This document shows positions 59,257-64,000 of a DNA stretch of 64,000 bases, one piece after another (positions within the stretch are counted from its first letter, which is position 1; the number at the start of each line of letters is the position of its first letter). Under the pieces are notes generated by a model. The model worked only from the letters and a program-made list of their open reading frames with translations, ran no database searches and was not told the DNA's origin. Location of the stretch: assembly GCA_963702025.1 (NCBI GenBank), contig OY969699.1, positions 1,120,001 to 1,184,000 on the forward strand, written 5' to 3'. This stretch comes from an uncultured bacterium. Lineage in GTDB: Bacteria > Babelota > Babeliae > Babelales > Vermiphilaceae. Both the position numbers and the translations under genes were made by a program.

Positions 59257-59571
59257 CTATTCCGCTTTATGTTTTGCTAACTTTTCAAGAGCAGCGTCCG
59301 CCCATACCATCACTGTTGCCGGCATATACAAAATTGTGTCCACAACAACATTGCCACATAATTGGCAACAGCTTTCATCATTAGTATCATTAGAGTTATT
59401 TTTTTCATTTTTATCATTAAGAGCATCGTGCAGATCCGAGTATGTACGCGTTTTTTTGACCAATTGATTTGGACCGGTAGAAGTAGTTATTGTAACTATA
59501 TTTTTTTCCATTGCTGGCAAATTTAGGGAGAATAATGTTATGCTGCATGTCAAAAGAATCGTATATTTCAT
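59257..59571 (-). CDS. Small secreted hypothetical protein
   Basis: Signal MKYTILLTCSITLFSLNLPA-MEK and an SCCQLC motif. Confidence 0.6.
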   Translation of the reverse strand: MKYTILLTCSITLFSLNLPAMEKNIVTITTSTGPNQLVKKTRTYSDLHDALNDKNEKNNSNDTNDESCCQLCGNVVVDTILYMPATVMVWADAALEKLAKHKAE

Positions 59572-59648
59572 GATGATCCTGCGATGAAAATTAAAGAGAA
59601 TGTTAAACATATTTAGCAATTGTACGTATTTATAAAAGTAAGTCAAAC

Positions 59649-60674
59649 ATGGAAAAAAAAGAATTAGTAGATGTGAGTATAATCACACTCCAAGAAACAC
59701 CCGAGGAGCGATCGAATGATTTTTGCCCAAAAACATTCGATGACTATTTAGGGCAACAAGAATTAAAAGAAAAACTTGCCGTATTTACCCAAGCGGCCAA
59801 AATGCGCCAAGAGCCGCTTGACCATCTACTGCTCTTTGGTCCTCCCGGAGTGGGTAAAACAACGTTATCGGGAATCATGGCACAGGTAATGGGGGTTGGC
59901 ATAAAAATTTGCAGTGGACCCATGATGGAACGGACGGGCGATTTGGTGGCAATACTTTCAAGCCTCGAGCCACGTGATATTCTTTTTATTGATGAAATTC
60001 ATCGTATGCCAGCAAACGTTGAAGAAGTGCTTTACAACGCAATGGAGCATTTTAGAGTTGATGTTATTATCGGTCAAGGCGCCGGCGCAAAATCGATAAA
60101 TTTACCCATCAATCCTTTCACACTTGTTGGTGCCACCACTAAAAGTGGTATGATTTCAGCACCCTTGCGGAGCCGCTTTGGTATTATAGAACGCATCGAT
60201 TTTTATTCCGATGATGATTTACAAGAAATTGTATTACAGGCTGCTCAATTTTTAAAAATTTCTATACCAAAAGAATCTGCGCGAATAATAGGCATGTGCG
60301 CACGGGGCACGCCACGTATTGCAAAAAAAATATTGCGCCGCGTTAGAGATTTTGCGCAGGTACAGGGGATCTCAAATATTAGCACCACTTTGGTAACCCA
60401 AGCGCTTAATTTTTTGGGCATCGAAGAAGAAGGCCTTACTAAAATTGATATACTGCTTCTGCAAAAAATTATTGAAAACTTCAACGGTGGCCCAGTTGGC
60501 TTAGAAACACTCGCTGCGCTTATTGGTGAAGATACTGAAACAATTGAGATGGTTTATGAGCCCTTTTTATTGCGCAAAGGATATCTTGAAAAAACAGCAC
60601 GTGGCCGGCAGATTCCGCATAAAAAATTGCCCCATTTGAAACAAAAATTCTTGGGGCAGCACACGTTGCTCTAA
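59649..60674 (+). CDS. ruvB: Holliday junction branch migration helicase RuvB
   Basis: GPPGVGKTTL, FIDEIHR, LRSRFGI, RGTPRIA and GGPVGL motifs. Confidence 0.96.
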   Translation: MEKKELVDVSIITLQETPEERSNDFCPKTFDDYLGQQELKEKLAVFTQAAKMRQEPLDHLLLFGPPGVGKTTLSGIMAQVMGVGIKICSGPMMERTGDLVAILSSLEPRDILFIDEIHRMPANVEEVLYNAMEHFRVDVIIGQGAGAKSINLPINPFTLVGATTKSGMISAPLRSRFGIIERIDFYSDDDLQEIVLQAAQFLKISIPKESARIIGMCARGTPRIAKKILRRVRDFAQVQGISNISTTLVTQALNFLGIEEEGLTKIDILLLQKIIENFNGGPVGLETLAALIGEDTETIEMVYEPFLLRKGYLEKTARGRQIPHKKLPHLKQKFLGQHTLL

Positions 60675-60756
60675 TCTCTTGGCTATATCGACATATTTTT
60701 AAAAAAATATACCCTTAAGATAAATGATAAAATTTACCGGCTAGGAGCATAAAATT

Positions 60757-61470
60757 ATGTCAGGACATTCCCACTGGGCCACGATAAAAAGAAAAAAAGA
60801 AAAAGAAGATTCAAAGCGTGGGCAGGCCTTCACTAAAATAATTAAAGAAATTACCGTTTCGGCAAAAACTGGCGGTGGCGATCCTAACGGCAATCCAAAG
60901 CTCCGCTTACTGATTGATAAAGCACGTGATATCAATATGCCTCTTGAAAACATCCAGCGGGCCATTAAACGAGGCACGGGCGAATTGCCTGGCGTTAGCT
61001 ACGAACCAATGACCTATGAGGGATATGGCCCCTATGGCATTGCAGTAGTAGTTGATACTCTATCGGATAATAAAAACCGCATTGTTTCTGAACTTCGCCA
61101 TGTATTTACCGGGAAGGGCGGAAATTTAGGTGAATCAGGATCAGTTGCTTGGATGTTTGAAAAGATGGGCGTCATCGATGTGAGTGGCACAATCAGCGAA
61201 GATGCAGTTCTTGAAAAACTTATTGACTTTGATGTCAAAGATGTAAAACACGATGGTACATTCTTTACCATTTATTGTGATCCAAAAGCACTCGTGTCCA
61301 TAAAAAAAGTATTGACCGATGAAGGGCTTAAAGTAGAAAAAGCCGAGGTAGACTGGGTACCAAAAAATACGATGTCACTTCCCGATGATCAAGCACAGAA
61401 AGCCTATGAATTTTTAGAAAGCCTTCAAAATCTTGACGATGTTCAAAATGTTTATACAAATCTGGCATAA
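60757..61470 (+). CDS. yebC: YebC/PmpR family protein
   Basis: MSGHSHWATIKRKK, YEGYGPYG and DDVQNVYTN motifs. Confidence 0.95.
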   Translation: MSGHSHWATIKRKKEKEDSKRGQAFTKIIKEITVSAKTGGGDPNGNPKLRLLIDKARDINMPLENIQRAIKRGTGELPGVSYEPMTYEGYGPYGIAVVVDTLSDNKNRIVSELRHVFTGKGGNLGESGSVAWMFEKMGVIDVSGTISEDAVLEKLIDFDVKDVKHDGTFFTIYCDPKALVSIKKVLTDEGLKVEKAEVDWVPKNTMSLPDDQAQKAYEFLESLQNLDDVQNVYTNLA

Positions 61471-61482
61471 AGGAGTAGAAAG

Positions 61483-62373
61483 ATGATGCGGAGTATGACA
61501 GGATTTGCCACCAAATCTCTTATTATAACGGCGCAGGAAACCAAAATCCCTATTACTCTCAGTCTCAAATCGCTCAATGCTCGTTATTTTGATACCAATT
61601 GCAGGCTACCCTATCCACTCACCAATCTTGAAACTGAGTTTATTAAACTTTTTAAAACAAAATTGTATCGGGGAACAATTAATTTTACGATACACATTTC
61701 GAATCCTAATGCATTCAAGGGGGCAATCGAACCTTCTATTACCACCATAAAAAGTTATTTGCGAGCCTTAGATACCATAAAAAAAACATGCACCATTGAG
61801 GGAACTCTTTCCATAGCCAATGTGCTGTTATTGCCCAACATTTTTATCACCGAAGAACAAGACGTTGATGCCACTTCAAAAAAATTAATATTTGAGGCCA
61901 CCGAACAACTGGTGAATGAGCTCATTGCCACGCAGCTACAAGAAGGTCAGGCATTGCAAAAAGATTTTACCCACCGCGTCGATCTCATTAGCCAAGAAAT
62001 TAAAGCAATTGAAGTTGCTTTTGAACAATTAATGAAAGTCCAAAAAGAAAAAACACAAACAGCAATTGCCGAATTAGAAAATGATTCGTCAAAATTTGCT
62101 CAAATGCAAAAAGATCTCTTGTATGCAATTCTTGATAAAATGGATGTACAAGAAGAAATTGTACGATTTAAAAATCACGTTAGCACCCTCCAATTGACTT
62201 TAGAATCAAAAGAGGTCGAAAAGGGGAAACGGATCGATTTTATTTTGCAAGAACTATCCCGGGAAATTAATACAATTACGGCAAAGTGTGCTGACGGCAT
62301 CATGAGCTCACATGCGATAAATATTAAGGTTGAGCTTGAAAAAATGCGAGAGCAAGCCCAAAATATAGTTTAA
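61483..62373 (+). CDS. yicC: YicC family endoribonuclease
   Basis: SMTGFA, KSLNARY, DVQEEIVR, GKRIDFILQE.SREINT and KVELEKMREQAQN motifs. Confidence 0.92.
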   Translation: MMRSMTGFATKSLIITAQETKIPITLSLKSLNARYFDTNCRLPYPLTNLETEFIKLFKTKLYRGTINFTIHISNPNAFKGAIEPSITTIKSYLRALDTIKKTCTIEGTLSIANVLLLPNIFITEEQDVDATSKKLIFEATEQLVNELIATQLQEGQALQKDFTHRVDLISQEIKAIEVAFEQLMKVQKEKTQTAIAELENDSSKFAQMQKDLLYAILDKMDVQEEIVRFKNHVSTLQLTLESKEVEKGKRIDFILQELSREINTITAKCADGIMSSHAINIKVELEKMREQAQNIV

Positions 62374-62446
62374 AGCATAAAAATCATCTTTAAAAATTTA
62401 TTTAAAGAATTTCAAAACGAAGCGTAAAAAGGCCATTGTATACGCT

Positions 62447-63265
62447 TCATTTATGACATGGCTTTGCAGGGCAGGGGACCAGCACCCCGTAAAACAAAGA
62501 TCCAAATTCTGATGTATCTCCCGGAATACCGCTATTAATAATTGTTGCTGTTGCGGTGATTGCGCTATTTACCGGCACAGCACCGATCGATACGGTATTG
62601 GAAGCATTGCCATTGGCATCGGTTGTCACAGAAATTTGCTTTACCAACAATCTGCCCTCTGGATCATTGGCACTATTGCTAAAAAATTGCAGAGTAAATG
62701 TTGAGCTTGGCACGCTGTTTAATGACCATGCAACATTGAGTCCGGAGGAAGTTACCGTGTATGAACTCAGCACCGGATAGTTTTGAAAATCATTCGGGCC
62801 AACTGATGGACTCGTGGCATGGTTTCGTGTAGGGCCATCATTGCCAAGATCTATACCAATCAATGTATTGTTATAGATGCTATTGCTCAAGATACTATTG
62901 CCCACGCTTTGGTCAAGCGCGCTATCACCAACCACAATGCCCTTTTGATTATAGGCAATCAAATTACCTGCGATGAGTGTAGTTCCGCCGATAATATTAT
63001 TATTGGACGTGACTAAAATATAAACACCATACTCTCCATTACCCAAATCAAGTCTTCCGAGCAAATCAGTACCTATAACGTTTCCCGAAACAGTGTTATT
63101 GTCCGAGTTGTTAATAATTTCTATACCATTACCGGCATTGCCTGAAATTACATTTGCCAAAAGAGGATTCAAGGCGACTCTGTGCTTAGGTGATCCGTCA
63201 GCAAAAACATTAAACCCACTCAAAATGGCAATAATACCTATCGCCAGACTCATTATTCTTTTCAT
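62447..63265 (-). CDS. Secreted parallel beta-helix-repeat protein
   Basis: NVISGN, GNVIG, NIIGG and NSIYNN.LIGIDLG repeats, then QNYP. Signal peptide. Confidence 0.75.
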   Translation of the reverse strand: MKRIMSLAIGIIAILSGFNVFADGSPKHRVALNPLLANVISGNAGNGIEIINNSDNNTVSGNVIGTDLLGRLDLGNGEYGVYILVTSNNNIIGGTTLIAGNLIAYNQKGIVVGDSALDQSVGNSILSNSIYNNTLIGIDLGNDGPTRNHATSPSVGPNDFQNYPVLSSYTVTSSGLNVAWSLNSVPSSTFTLQFFSNSANDPEGRLLVKQISVTTDANGNASNTVSIGAVPVNSAITATATIINSGIPGDTSEFGSLFYGVLVPCPAKPCHK

Positions 63266-63283
63266 TAATATCTCCCTTTCTTA

Positions 63284-63313
63284 TAGGGGTTGTTACAATA
63301 ACAACCCCTGATA
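63284..63313. terminator. Hairpin between co-directional genes
   Basis: aggggttgtta/taacaacccct inverted repeat. Confidence 0.5.
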
Positions 63314-63324
63314 ACTTGTATATC

Positions 63325-64000
63325 TTACCCTTCAATGCGACCGGTAGCTCCGGTAAAGGTAGTAACGGGAGTGCAATTTGCTTGAAGGTAGGCGCTGATG
63401 CAATTTGTTTTTGGTAAGCTGATTGGGCCCAAAGGTGTACAGCTGCTTATGATTGAACCGGCTTCACTGCCGGCAAACGGGAACGGCTCAACCAATACTC
63501 CAACCGGATACGGCAATCCCAAAATTGCTCCATTGGTTTGGCCATTAAAACGTAATTCTTGCAGTATTCTTGCATAGGTGCCGTTCTGGACCAATGTCGT
63601 AACCGCAAGTTCAAGATTTAATGCTAAATCACAACATCCCAGAGCTACTTCCCATCCGTTAACACGAGCAAGGGAATAAAAACCGGTGACATCTGTCACA
63701 ACGCCATTAAATGCCAACGGCGGAGTAGTTGATAATGTTGCTGCAGAAAAAGCAAATACATCAATCAATCCAGCAATCAAAGCTGTTCTAGCTAGCCCTT
63801 CATTGCCATATCCAATAAAATTCACCGTATCATAGCCAAGCAGTTTTGCAGCCGCTTCAATCAAAAGCGGGTCAAAACCGATAGCAGTATTTGGGCTCGA
63901 CGGATCCCAACTGCTCCACGGTAATTCGTCCGGAATAATACCAACGTTCAATACGCCTGCCCCTGAAGTGCCGCATGGTAAAGCAGCGTTTATGAACATC
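63325..64000 (-). CDS. Substrate-binding-protein (family 3)-like protein, 5'-truncated by the window
   Basis: LNVG...PWS...GFDPLLIEAAAKLLG and LVQNGTYARIL resemble SBP_bac_3 segments. Confidence 0.5.
   Translation of the reverse strand, partial: MFINAALPCGTSGAGVLNVGIIPDELPWSSWDPSSPNTAIGFDPLLIEAAAKLLGYDTVNFIGYGNEGLARTALIAGLIDVFAFSAATLSTTPPLAFNGVVTDVTGFYSLARVNGWEVALGCCDLALNLELAVTTLVQNGTYARILQELRFNGQTNGAILGLPYPVGVLVEPFPFAGSEAGSIISSCTPLGPISLPKTNCISAYLQANCTPVTTFTGATGRIEG

Noticed and set aside
1..64000. Alternative genetic code
   Set aside because: Conserved genes are full length under code 11, and TGA serves as a stop codon (for example in dnaA, psd and tlyA).

Overview
This AT-rich (roughly 40% GC by eye) bacterial chromosome segment uses genetic code 11. 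The gene content points to a protist-associated intracellular lineage, most likely Dependentiae/TM6 (Babelota). That assignment is an inference from the dimeric GlyRS, the many signal-peptide orphans and the ankyrin/F-box proteins. Housekeeping genes include dnaA, pgk, rpiB, pssA/psd, glyQS, trkH/trkA, rplU, cfa, mutS, uvrA, rodA, ruvB, yebC, yicC and tlyA, and there are four tRNAs: Arg-CCT, Arg-TCG, His-GTG and Pro-TGG. No CRISPR-cas, prophage or IS transposase is visible. Five unusual signals stand out. (1) Small palindromic elements (about 25-45 nt) of several families cluster at all four tRNA loci. They nest inside each other, occur as filled and empty alleles within tandem repeats, insert twice into GCGAAGC, sit inside duplicated pseudo-tRNA-Arg copies, and are read in frame within one ORF. 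(2) Several putative secreted effectors have a signal peptide ending just before Met(-Glu). They include ankyrin proteins with C-terminal F-box-like motifs, and two genes are frameshifted at simple repeats. (3) Three probable pseudoenzymes are present: a dead NlpC/P60 and a dead HAD, each next to an intact-looking paralog, and an FtsH-like AAA+ protein lacking HEXXH. (4) A thioredoxin reductase-thioredoxin fusion carries a lipoprotein-like signal. (5) There is a secreted kinase-like orphan, and UvrA lacks most of its insertion domain.
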